Origin: Clostridia bacterium
GTDB taxonomy: Bacteria; Bacillota; Clostridia; Christensenellales; Pumilibacteraceae
Assembly: GCA_017500845.1 (NCBI GenBank)
Contig: JAFVXY010000005.1
Span: 57,246-121,245 of the forward strand
Direction: 5' to 3'
DNA length: 64,000 nt
The position numbers were made by a program, and so were the translations under genes. Of the stretch, positions 27,765-36,462 are shown in pieces (positions within the stretch are counted from its first letter, which is position 1; each line of letters starts with the position of its first letter). A model generated the notes under the pieces. The model was not told the origin of the DNA, made no database searches, and saw nothing but the letters and a program-made list of their open reading frames with translations.

Positions 27765-28862
27765 ATGAAAAAAACCTTTTCGCTGGCGATGCTTATCGTC
27801 GGTACAATTATAGGAGCCGGCTTTGCCTCGGGCAAGGAAATCTCATCCTTTTTTGGAAGCAATATTTCGCCTCTGGTTGCGCTGGCGGTAGGCGTGGGTG
27901 TTTTTTTGCTGTGCTATCTGTTTTGCACGATCGGACGGCTGTACAAAAGCTCGGATTTTAGCAAGGTCAACGAGAAGCTTCTTGGCAAGCTTCATGTGAT
28001 TGCGGACGTGTTTTTGCTTTTAAACAGCCTTATCGTCCTATCCGGAATGCTGTCTGGCATGGACAGCCTTTTTGACACGATTCTTCCCATCTCGCCGGCG
28101 TATTCGGTTATAAGCGGAATTTTGTGCGCCATAATCGTATCTAAGGGCTTAAGCGGGTTGCTTAAAAGCAATAGCATAATAGTGCCGTTTATCATCTTTT
28201 TTATAATACTTATTTGTTGCTTCAATATAGGTAAGCCATCCTTTAGCCTTGCATTTTCGCCGTTCACCCTGCCGTCTGCCGTGCTGTACGTATGTATGAA
28301 TATTATGCTTGCCTGTACCGTCCTTACCACGGTAGACGAAAAGCCCAAAACGGTGCTTTGGGCTTCGCTTATTGCCGCCGCTATAATGACGGCGCTTATG
28401 CTGCTGATTATTCTTACACTCAACGGTAACGACACCTCCGCCGATATGCCGATGATTTCCATCGCCTCGTCCACGAGCAAGGTGCTTTATTACTTTGCCG
28501 TGGGGGCTGTGGCAATATCCATTTTTACCACGATGATGACGGCTCTTATCGGGCTGTCCTCGTGGCTTGCTCCACTTACGGGAAGCAAGGGATTTTCGGT
28601 GGCAGTTTCGCTTATAGCGGGAATGCTGGTAAGCAACCTCGGCTTCGAAAACGTGGTCGCCTACCTCTATCCCGTAATCGGCATTTTTGGATTTGTTTAC
28701 ACCGTGCTTTGCTCATTCTGCCTTTGTCGCCGCTTACTTGCGTCGAAGAAGTCTTTCGGCAAGCGCGACTGCAAAGTACATAATAGCGGCAAGAAAGCAC
28801 AGAATCACGGTGGACGTCATAACGAGGTCGAGCTTAAAGACCTGACCGCCGTAAATAATTAG
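27765..28862 (+). CDS. YkvI-family membrane protein
   Basis: The GTIIGAGFASGKEI N-terminal motif and 10-11 TM helices. The last 129 nt overlap the convergent permease gene. Confidence 0.8.
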   Translation: MKKTFSLAMLIVGTIIGAGFASGKEISSFFGSNISPLVALAVGVGVFLLCYLFCTIGRLYKSSDFSKVNEKLLGKLHVIADVFLLLNSLIVLSGMLSGMDSLFDTILPISPAYSVISGILCAIIVSKGLSGLLKSNSIIVPFIIFFIILICCFNIGKPSFSLAFSPFTLPSAVLYVCMNIMLACTVLTTVDEKPKTVLWASLIAAAIMTALMLLIILTLNGNDTSADMPMISIASSTSKVLYYFAVGAVAISIFTTMMTALIGLSSWLAPLTGSKGFSVAVSLIAGMLVSNLGFENVVAYLYPVIGIFGFVYTVLCSFCLCRRLLASKKSFGKRDCKVHNSGKKAQNHGGRHNEVELKDLTAVNN

Positions 28863-29525
28863 GTATCCGAGTCCCGCCCCCGACACAAGATATTCGCCCA
28901 TGATCGTACCTACCCACGCAAGTCCAACGTTGATTTTAAGTACGGATAAAAAGGTAGGAACAGCTCCCGGCAAAACAAGCTTAGTCAAAATCTGCCATTT
29001 GGATGCGCCCATCGAACGCAGTAACAAGATTTTGCCCTCGTCGGTAGCAAGCAAGCCGTTTAGCGCACTTATTATCGTTACGATTATGCAAATAAGCACG
29101 GTCATCATAACGATCGCCTTTGCGCCTGCACCCACCCAAATTATAATGATGGGTCCAAGTGCAATTTTTGGTAAGCTGTTTAGCACGACTATATACGGCT
29201 CTAACACCCTTCGCAAAAAATCCGACCACCACAATAGGACGGCTATGGCACACCCTAAAACGGTGGACACTATAAAGCCGATAATGCACTCGTAAAGAGT
29301 CGTCCAGATATGAGTCCACAGCCCCTGACTGCCAAGCTCGCCAAGCATTTTTATTATGCGTGACGGGCTGGAGGTAATAAAGCTGTCTATCCAATAAAGC
29401 CTTGCCGCAATCTCCCACAGTGCAATTAAAAACACCAGAAGAACCAGCTGAATAGCTACGATTTTTACCTTACGTCTTTTGCTCTTTTGTACAAATAACT
29501 CATGACCGTTCTTTAGTTTTTTCAT
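28734..29525 (-). CDS. ABC transporter permease (NitT/TauT family)
   Basis: BPD-type permease with loop LLRSMGASKWQILTKLVLP. ATG 29525 overlaps the ATPase stop (ATGA). Confidence 0.9.
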   Translation of the reverse strand: MKKLKNGHELFVQKSKRRKVKIVAIQLVLLVFLIALWEIAARLYWIDSFITSSPSRIIKMLGELGSQGLWTHIWTTLYECIIGFIVSTVLGCAIAVLLWWSDFLRRVLEPYIVVLNSLPKIALGPIIIIWVGAGAKAIVMMTVLICIIVTIISALNGLLATDEGKILLLRSMGASKWQILTKLVLPGAVPTFLSVLKINVGLAWVGTIMGEYLVSGAGLGYLIIYGGQVFKLDLVMTSTVILCFLAAIMYFAVALAERLLRRK

Positions 29526-30274
29526 ACACTCACTTCCTTCCAGACGGTGTCGAACCACTTGGTAAAGCCTGCGCTTTCGCGGCGCTTTAGTGGCGTCGGC
29601 GCGTCCAAATCTATAGTAAAGGTGCTTTTTACGGTAGCCGGTCGCTGAGACAAAACTACTATTTTATCGGCAAGACTTACTGCCTCGGAAATATCGTGAG
29701 TCACAAGCAAGGCTGTCTTCTTTTCGCTCTTTATTATCTTATGAACGTCGTTGCAAACGCTTAGCCTCGTCTGAAAGTCAAGCGCGGAAAACGGCTCGTC
29801 AAGCAGTAACAGCTTAGGCCAAAGCGCAAGAGTACGAATAAGCGCCGCACGCTGTCGCATTCCACCGCTGAGCTGATTGGGATAGTGCTTTCTGAACTCC
29901 CACAATCCGTACTTTTTTAGCAGTTCTTCGGCTTCCGCCCTCCTCTCTGCGTCAAGACTTCTTCTGATTTCGGGCCCAAGCAATACGTTGCGCTCTATCG
30001 TTCGCCACTCGAACAGCATATCACGCTGAAGCATATATCCCGTATCTGCACTCGGGCGGTCCACCACCTTACCCATAAGCGTAACCGTACCGCCGGTAGG
30101 CTTTATAAGTCCCGAAGCAAGAGAAAGTATGGTTGTTTTTCCGCATCCGCTGGGGCCAACCAGCGCAATAAACTCGCCGTCCTCCACCACCAGCGATAAA
30201 TTTTCGATAGCCTTTGTTTCGCTTTCAACCGTCTGATAAGTCAGGCTTACGTTATCCATTTTTAGTATTTCCAT
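29522..30274 (-). CDS. ABC transporter ATP-binding protein (NitT/TauT family)
   Basis: Walker A GPSGCGKTT, signature LSGGMRQRA, Walker B LLLDEP. Confidence 0.93.
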   Translation of the reverse strand: MEILKMDNVSLTYQTVESETKAIENLSLVVEDGEFIALVGPSGCGKTTILSLASGLIKPTGGTVTLMGKVVDRPSADTGYMLQRDMLFEWRTIERNVLLGPEIRRSLDAERRAEAEELLKKYGLWEFRKHYPNQLSGGMRQRAALIRTLALWPKLLLLDEPFSALDFQTRLSVCNDVHKIIKSEKKTALLVTHDISEAVSLADKIVVLSQRPATVKSTFTIDLDAPTPLKRRESAGFTKWFDTVWKEVSV

Positions 30275-30347
30275 ATCATTTTCTCCGGCTTTGTAAAGTT
30301 ATGAGTTTGCCCGTATTCGCCTTTTGGCGCAGGGCGCAAGCTGCGTC

Positions 30348-31337
30348 CTAAAGCTCCTTAGCGATACTGTTGTCTACTGCGAGCGAGAAATCCGCACGCT
30401 CGTCAAGGGTGCCCGCGTTTTGCATAATGTCCTGCAAGCTGTCAAACGATGCCTTGCTCATTACGGGCGAGCTACACCAAGCGTTGATGCTTAGGTATCG
30501 CTCTACCGACGATGCCATAAGCTGCTTGCTTTCGCCCGAGAACGAGGGTGCAAGCGCATCGGCAACCGCCATGCTGTCACTGCTAACGATAAAGTCGTAA
30601 CCCTTTTTTACGCAAGCAAGGAACTTTTTGACAAGCTCACGGTTTTCTTCGAGATAGCTTTTTGATGCCGAGAACGCAGTAAACGGTACGTCGCCTGCCG
30701 CCTCACCTACCGAAGCCACAATATAACCCTTGCCTGCCGCCACGAAATCACTTGCGGTAGGCTCGAACATCGTGCAGTAGTCAATACTCGTATCACCCTC
30801 GAATGCGCCCACCATCAAATCGAACGCCACGGTGGTGTCGAAGTTAAGCTGACTAAGGCTTAGCCCACCCAAAGTTTCCACTACGTACTGAAGCGTCATC
30901 GCCGGCACGCCGCCCGCTCTACCTGCAAGAACGTGCTTACCCTCAAGGTCGCTCCACTTAAAATCGGGTTCCTCGTTACGCGATACCAAAAAGGAGCCGT
31001 CACGCTGAGTGAGCTGACCGAATATAACAGGATAATCACGCTGACCCTCCACGTGGCAGTAAATTGTCGCCTCCGGTCCCATAAGCCCTATGTCTGCGCT
31101 TTTAGACGCGATTGCCGTCATAACCTTGTCGGCACCACCCGCGTTAGACAGCTCTATGGTTATGCCCTCGTCCTCGAAGTAGCCATTGTTGATTGCTACG
31201 TAAAGGGGCGCATAAAAGATACTGTGCGTAACCTCACTTAGGCGAATAACACCATCTTCGTCCGTCTTACAAGCGGTAAGAGTCATAGGCATAGCAAGCA
31301 TAAGCAAGCACAAAAACCAAACTGTAATTTTCTTCAT
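30348..31337 (-). CDS. NMT1/THI5-like ABC substrate-binding lipoprotein
   Basis: Lipobox LTAC and SBP blocks (SIFYAPLYVAINNGYFEDEG). ATG 31337 lies 5 nt after GGAGG; the tracked ATG 31349 is part of that SD. Confidence 0.87.
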   Translation of the reverse strand: MKKITVWFLCLLMLAMPMTLTACKTDEDGVIRLSEVTHSIFYAPLYVAINNGYFEDEGITIELSNAGGADKVMTAIASKSADIGLMGPEATIYCHVEGQRDYPVIFGQLTQRDGSFLVSRNEEPDFKWSDLEGKHVLAGRAGGVPAMTLQYVVETLGGLSLSQLNFDTTVAFDLMVGAFEGDTSIDYCTMFEPTASDFVAAGKGYIVASVGEAAGDVPFTAFSASKSYLEENRELVKKFLACVKKGYDFIVSSDSMAVADALAPSFSGESKQLMASSVERYLSINAWCSSPVMSKASFDSLQDIMQNAGTLDERADFSLAVDNSIAKEL

Positions 31338-31540
31338 AAATTCCTCCATTTATATTTGTCGAATAAGCAAGAACGCTTGGCTTTTTGCACGCTATTGCCT
31401 GACCTCGACTTATATTTCATACTATGCGATTTTAATTTTGCGTGTTAATAATTGTTGCTTTATTTGTTAAGCTGTGTTATACTTAGTAGGTTATTAAGTA
31501 ATTATTACTATCATCAACGATAAACGAGGACTAAACCTAT

Positions 31541-34192
31541 ATGAACAAAACGTACGAACCTCAAAGCTTTGAAAAACGAATTTACGACAATTGGCTGGAA
31601 AAGAACTATTTTAAGCCGACTGCTGACGGAAGCAAAAAGCCGTTTACCATCGTTATGCCGCCCCCGAACATTACGGGACAGCTTCATATCGGACACGCTT
31701 TGGACTGCACCATTCAGGACGCTATAATAAGATACAAGCGCATGATGGGCTTTGACGCGCTGTGGCTTCCTGGTACCGACCACGCCTCGATTGCTACCGA
31801 GGTTAAAATCGTCGAAAAGCTTGCCGAGGAGGGTCTTAGCAAGGAAGGCATCGGCAGAGAGGAATTTTTGCGCCGCGCCTTTGAATGGAAGGCTCAATAC
31901 GGCGGCAGAATCGTTGAGCAGCAAAAGCGACTTGGTCTTAGCTGTGACTGGTCCAGAAGTGCCTTTACCATGGACGAGCGTTGCTCTAAGGCTGTGCGCG
32001 AGGTCTTTGTAAATATGTTCAACGAGGGCACGATTTATCAGGGCGACCGCATAATCAACTGGTGTCCTCAGTGTAAAACCGCCATTTCGGATGCGGAGGT
32101 CGAATACGAAAGCTCGGCTTCGCACCTTTGGCATATCCGCTATCCGCTACAAGACGGTAGCGGCGAGGTTGTGATTGCTACCACACGTCCCGAAACGCTT
32201 CTTGGCGATACAGCGGTAGCCGTTCATCCGTCCGACGAAAGATATTCGGCGATGATTGGCAAGAGCCTTGTTTTGCCGCTTGTGGGTAGACTTATCCCCA
32301 TCGTTGCCGACGAATATGTCGAAAAGGATTTTGGTACTGGCGCGGTAAAAATCACTCCGGCGCACGACCCCAACGACTTTGAGGTGGGCAAAAGACACAA
32401 TCTACCCATCATAAACGTTATGAACAAGGATGCCACCATAAACGAGCACGGCGGAGTTTATGCAGGGCTTGACAGATACGAGGCTCGCAGCCGCATTGTG
32501 GACGACCTTAAAGCGCAGGGCTTCCTTGTAAAAATCGAGGATCACCTTAACAACGTAGGTCACTGCTATCGTTGCGGCAACACTATCGAGCCGCTTATAA
32601 GCAAGCAATGGTTTGTAAAAATGAAGGAGCTTGCCGAGCCTGCCATAAAAGCTGTAAAGGATAAGGACATTACCTTTATTCCCAAGCGGTTTGAAAAATC
32701 GTACCTCCATTGGATGGAAAACACCCAGGACTGGTGCATTTCGCGTCAGCTTTGGTGGGGTCACCGTATCCCCGTTTACTACTGCGACGAGTGCGGCGAG
32801 GTGTTTGCGGCAAAGGAAGATCCGCACTGTTGTCCTAAGTGCAAAAGCACCAAGCTCCACCAAGACGAGGACGTGCTTGATACGTGGTTCTCGTCGGCAC
32901 TTTGGCCGTTCTCCACTATGGGCTGGCCGGACAAAACGCCCGATCTCGATCTATTCTACCCCACCGACGTTCTCGTAACGGGGTACGACATTATCGGCTT
33001 CTGGGTGTCGAGAATGATTTTCTCGGGACTTAAGCATATCGGCAAAAAGCCGTTTTGCGACGTGGTTATTCACGGTATCGTGCGTGACGAAAAGGGTCGC
33101 AAGATGAGCAAATCGCTCGGCAACGGCGTAGACCCGCTTGAGGTAATCGACTCTGCGGGCGCAGATACGCTTAGAATTTCGCTTGTAAGCGGTATTTCGG
33201 CAGGCGGCGACATTAAGTATTCCAGCGACAAGCTTGAGGGCTATCGCAACTTTATGAACAAGATCTGGAATGCGGCAAGGTTCGTTTTGATGAACGCAGA
33301 GGGCTGCACTCCTGTCCCCATGGGCTCGTTTAACCTTACCGTTGCGGACAAGTGGATTCTTATTAAGCTTGTGGAATGCACCAAGCGTGTAAGTGAGCTT
33401 ATGGACAAATACGAGGTAGGTCTTGCGGCAACCGAAATTTACGAGTTTATCTGGAACGACTTCTGCGATTGGTATATCGAGCTTAGCAAAACCGAGCTTT
33501 ACAGCGACGATCAAGACAGACGCAACAACACGGTTACGGTACTACTGTACGTACTGCGAGAAGCACTTAAGCTTGCTCATCCCATTATTCCGTTTGTTAC
33601 AAGCGAAATTTATAATGCGCTTCCCAACAAGGATGCCGAGGATATTATGATCGCATCCTTCCCCTCCACCCAAGGAATTGTGACGGAAAAGGGTCTTATG
33701 GAGCTTCCCGAAATGTCGGAGCTTAACAAAATGAATGACGTTATCGAGCTTATCAAAAGCATTCGTGCTATGCGCCGCGAGATGAACGTAAGTCAAAGCA
33801 AGCGCACCTCCCTTTTTGTAAAGCCCATCGGTGGCGGCGACCTTATCGCAAGCACCTCGGCTTATATCGAAAAGCTTGGCGGCGGCAGTAGCCTTACCAT
33901 CGTTGATGCAGAGCCGACAGGCACAAATGCGACTGTCGTTTCGCCCATAGCCGAGGTTTTCGTTCCTATGCGTGAGCTTGTTGACGTAGAGCTTGAGATC
34001 GAGCGTCTTAACCGCGAAATCGAGGTTGTAGACAGTGAAATAGCACGCGCTAAGGGTAAGCTTGCCAATGAGGGCTTCGTTAAAAAAGCTCCGCCCCAAC
34101 TTGTTGCAGCGGAGCAAGAAAAAATCACCAAGTACGAGGAACAGCGCGTTATTCTTAAAAAGAGCTTAGACAAGCTGTTGCTTAACGACTAA
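31541..34192 (+). CDS. valS: Valyl-tRNA synthetase
   Basis: 883 aa with PPPNITGQLHIGH (HIGH), KMSKS and a C-terminal coiled coil. Confidence 0.98.
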   Translation: MNKTYEPQSFEKRIYDNWLEKNYFKPTADGSKKPFTIVMPPPNITGQLHIGHALDCTIQDAIIRYKRMMGFDALWLPGTDHASIATEVKIVEKLAEEGLSKEGIGREEFLRRAFEWKAQYGGRIVEQQKRLGLSCDWSRSAFTMDERCSKAVREVFVNMFNEGTIYQGDRIINWCPQCKTAISDAEVEYESSASHLWHIRYPLQDGSGEVVIATTRPETLLGDTAVAVHPSDERYSAMIGKSLVLPLVGRLIPIVADEYVEKDFGTGAVKITPAHDPNDFEVGKRHNLPIINVMNKDATINEHGGVYAGLDRYEARSRIVDDLKAQGFLVKIEDHLNNVGHCYRCGNTIEPLISKQWFVKMKELAEPAIKAVKDKDITFIPKRFEKSYLHWMENTQDWCISRQLWWGHRIPVYYCDECGEVFAAKEDPHCCPKCKSTKLHQDEDVLDTWFSSALWPFSTMGWPDKTPDLDLFYPTDVLVTGYDIIGFWVSRMIFSGLKHIGKKPFCDVVIHGIVRDEKGRKMSKSLGNGVDPLEVIDSAGADTLRISLVSGISAGGDIKYSSDKLEGYRNFMNKIWNAARFVLMNAEGCTPVPMGSFNLTVADKWILIKLVECTKRVSELMDKYEVGLAATEIYEFIWNDFCDWYIELSKTELYSDDQDRRNNTVTVLLYVLREALKLAHPIIPFVTSEIYNALPNKDAEDIMIASFPSTQGIVTEKGLMELPEMSELNKMNDVIELIKSIRAMRREMNVSQSKRTSLFVKPIGGGDLIASTSAYIEKLGGGSSLTIVDAEPTGTNATVVSPIAEVFVPMRELVDVELEIERLNREIEVVDSEIARAKGKLANEGFVKKAPPQLVAAEQEKITKYEEQRVILKKSLDKLLLND

Positions 34193-34279
34193 TCGTTTTG
34201 TCGCTTTTTTGCGCTAACGTATACTTACTTTTTGTGCAAAAGCTTATTTATTGTTGTATAAAACACTACGGAGGTAGTT

Positions 34280-36202
34280 ATGTCAAATAAAAGATTTATG
34301 AGTCTATTGTCCAAGGAGTTTCCGGACATAAAATCGGCGGCTGTGGAAATCATTAACCTTTCCGCAATACTGTCGCTTCCTAAAGGAACGGAATACTTCT
34401 TTAGCGACCTACACGGTGAGCACGAGGCGTTTATCCACATGCTTAAGGGCGCATCGGGCGTTTTGAAGGAGAAAATCGACTGGTTGTTTTCTGATTCTCC
34501 CGCGGAAGAAAGGGACGAGCTTACGACGCTCCTGTACTACCCCGAGCAAACTATTGCAAAACGTAAGGAATGTGACGGCTACGAGGAATGGCTTAGCGGC
34601 GTAATTATCAAGCTTGTAGCACTCACTAAAAACACTGCCAACAAATATACTCGCTCGAAGGTTCGTAAACGATTGCCCCAAGGCTTTGCTTACATAATGG
34701 ATGAGCTTTTGCACGCAGACGACGAGGCTAACAAGGAGCATTATTACAAGCAAATTCTTAAGTCGCTTTATGAAACAGGAATGTCCGAGGAGTTTATCAA
34801 GGAGCTTGCCCGCACGGTAAGTATTCTTGCAATCGATATACTTCATATCGTAGGTGACGTGTTTGACCGCGGTGCCCACCCCGACTACATAATGGACTAC
34901 CTTATCGGCTACGACAACGTAGACTTCCAATGGGGTAACCACGACATCCTTTGGATGGGTGCGGCGTTTGGTAACTGGGCAAGCATCGCAAACGTGCTTA
35001 GAATAAACTGCGCATACAATAACTTTGATATGCTGGAGATTGGCTACGGAATCAACCTTCGTCCCTTAAGCTCCTTTGCACTTCAAACGTACGCAGATGA
35101 CGAATGCAAATTCTTTACCCCCAAGGTGTTTGACAAAAACAAGTTCGACCCCGTAGACATGAAGCTTGCCGCAAAGATGCACAAGGCTATCAGCATTATT
35201 CAGTTTAAGGCAGAAGCTCAACTTATTTTGGCACATCCCGAATATCACGCCGAGGCAAGAGTGCTTTTGGATAAAATCGATTTCCAAAAGGGTACGGTAA
35301 AAATCGGCGACACCGAATATCCGATGCGCGACACCAACTTCCCCACCGTAGACCCGAGCAATCCGTTTGAGTTTACCGAGGACGAGTACGACGTTATGGA
35401 GCGTATTGCCGCTTCGTTTACAAGCAGTAAGCGACTTGACAGCCATATAAAATTCTTGCTAACGCACGGCTCGCTTTATACAATCTTTAACAACAACCTG
35501 CTCTATCACGGTTGCATTCCGATGACTATGGACGGCGAGTTTGAGCAGGTAGATATCGGCGGCGGTAAAACGCTTGCCGGCAAGGAATACCTCGACTATC
35601 TTGACAAAGAGGTTCGCCGTATCTATTACAGCGGCTGTAACGATAAGTTTGACGGACACCTGCTTTGGTACCTGTGGAGTGGCGGTAAATCTCCCCTCTT
35701 TGGTAAAAATACCATCACTACGTTCCAGCGTTTCTTTGTCGAGGACAAGGCAACCCACAAGGAACACACCGATCCGTATTACAAGCTGATTGCAAACCCC
35801 GAGGTTGATAAGCAGATCTGCAAAAAGATTCTTACCGAATTTGGCATTAAGTACGGCGGACACATTATTAACGGTCACGTCCCCGTAAAGCACAAGTCGG
35901 GTGAAAGCCCCGTAAAGGGCGGCGGCTTGCTGTACGTAATCGACGGAGGTATGGCTAAGTCGTACCAAGGCACGACGGGTATTGCCGGATATACACTCAT
36001 CTATAACTCCCGCTACTACGCGCTAGCACAGCACAACGCAAACGAGCTGATAAGCAACGAGGCTCCGTCCATTCAGGTTGTAGAATACACCGAGGGCAGA
36101 GTTACCGTAAACGATACCGACACAGGTGCAATGCTTCGTCAGCAAATCGAGGAGCTAAAAGAGCTTATCGCTTACTACGAATCTCGCAGATACGAAAAAT
36201 AA
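34280..36202 (+). CDS. fbp: Fructose-1,6-bisphosphatase class 3
   Basis: 640 aa with FFSDLHGEH and GDVFDRG metallophosphatase motifs. Length and N-terminus are typical of Firmicutes Fbp. Confidence 0.95.
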   Translation: MSNKRFMSLLSKEFPDIKSAAVEIINLSAILSLPKGTEYFFSDLHGEHEAFIHMLKGASGVLKEKIDWLFSDSPAEERDELTTLLYYPEQTIAKRKECDGYEEWLSGVIIKLVALTKNTANKYTRSKVRKRLPQGFAYIMDELLHADDEANKEHYYKQILKSLYETGMSEEFIKELARTVSILAIDILHIVGDVFDRGAHPDYIMDYLIGYDNVDFQWGNHDILWMGAAFGNWASIANVLRINCAYNNFDMLEIGYGINLRPLSSFALQTYADDECKFFTPKVFDKNKFDPVDMKLAAKMHKAISIIQFKAEAQLILAHPEYHAEARVLLDKIDFQKGTVKIGDTEYPMRDTNFPTVDPSNPFEFTEDEYDVMERIAASFTSSKRLDSHIKFLLTHGSLYTIFNNNLLYHGCIPMTMDGEFEQVDIGGGKTLAGKEYLDYLDKEVRRIYYSGCNDKFDGHLLWYLWSGGKSPLFGKNTITTFQRFFVEDKATHKEHTDPYYKLIANPEVDKQICKKILTEFGIKYGGHIINGHVPVKHKSGESPVKGGGLLYVIDGGMAKSYQGTTGIAGYTLIYNSRYYALAQHNANELISNEAPSIQVVEYTEGRVTVNDTDTGAMLRQQIEELKELIAYYESRRYEK

Positions 36203-36230
36203 CAAGCACTTATTGCAATATAGTGTAAAA

Positions 36231-36261
36231 AAGAACGGAATTAAAACTCCGTTCTTTTTTT
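36231..36261 (+). terminator. Intrinsic terminator after fbp
   Basis: AAGAACGGA, 8-nt loop, TCCGTTCTT, followed by a T-run. Confidence 0.8.
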
Positions 36262-36462
36262 CTTATTTGGTTTTACCAAAAAATGTAATTTTTACACGCA
36301 TTAGGCGTACTATGATTATAATGTATATTTGTATGTTAAAATGTACTATCTATAATAGTATACTTATAAATAATTGCTGCAAGAAAGCTATTATAATACG
36401 CATTTTTGCTTTGGCGTATTGAGTCAAAGCTGGGTACTAAAAACTACAAGGAGGAAATGAGA

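Noticed and set aside
31350-31540. T-box leader upstream of valS, or TPP riboswitch upstream of the NMT1/THI5-like binding-protein gene
   Set aside because: The shared 190-nt intergenic region is AT-rich. It contains neither the T-box sequence (AATTAGGGTGGTACCGCG-like) nor the TPP riboswitch CTGAGA/ACCTGATCTGGATAATGCCAGCG cores on either strand, and it is too short to hold both leaders.
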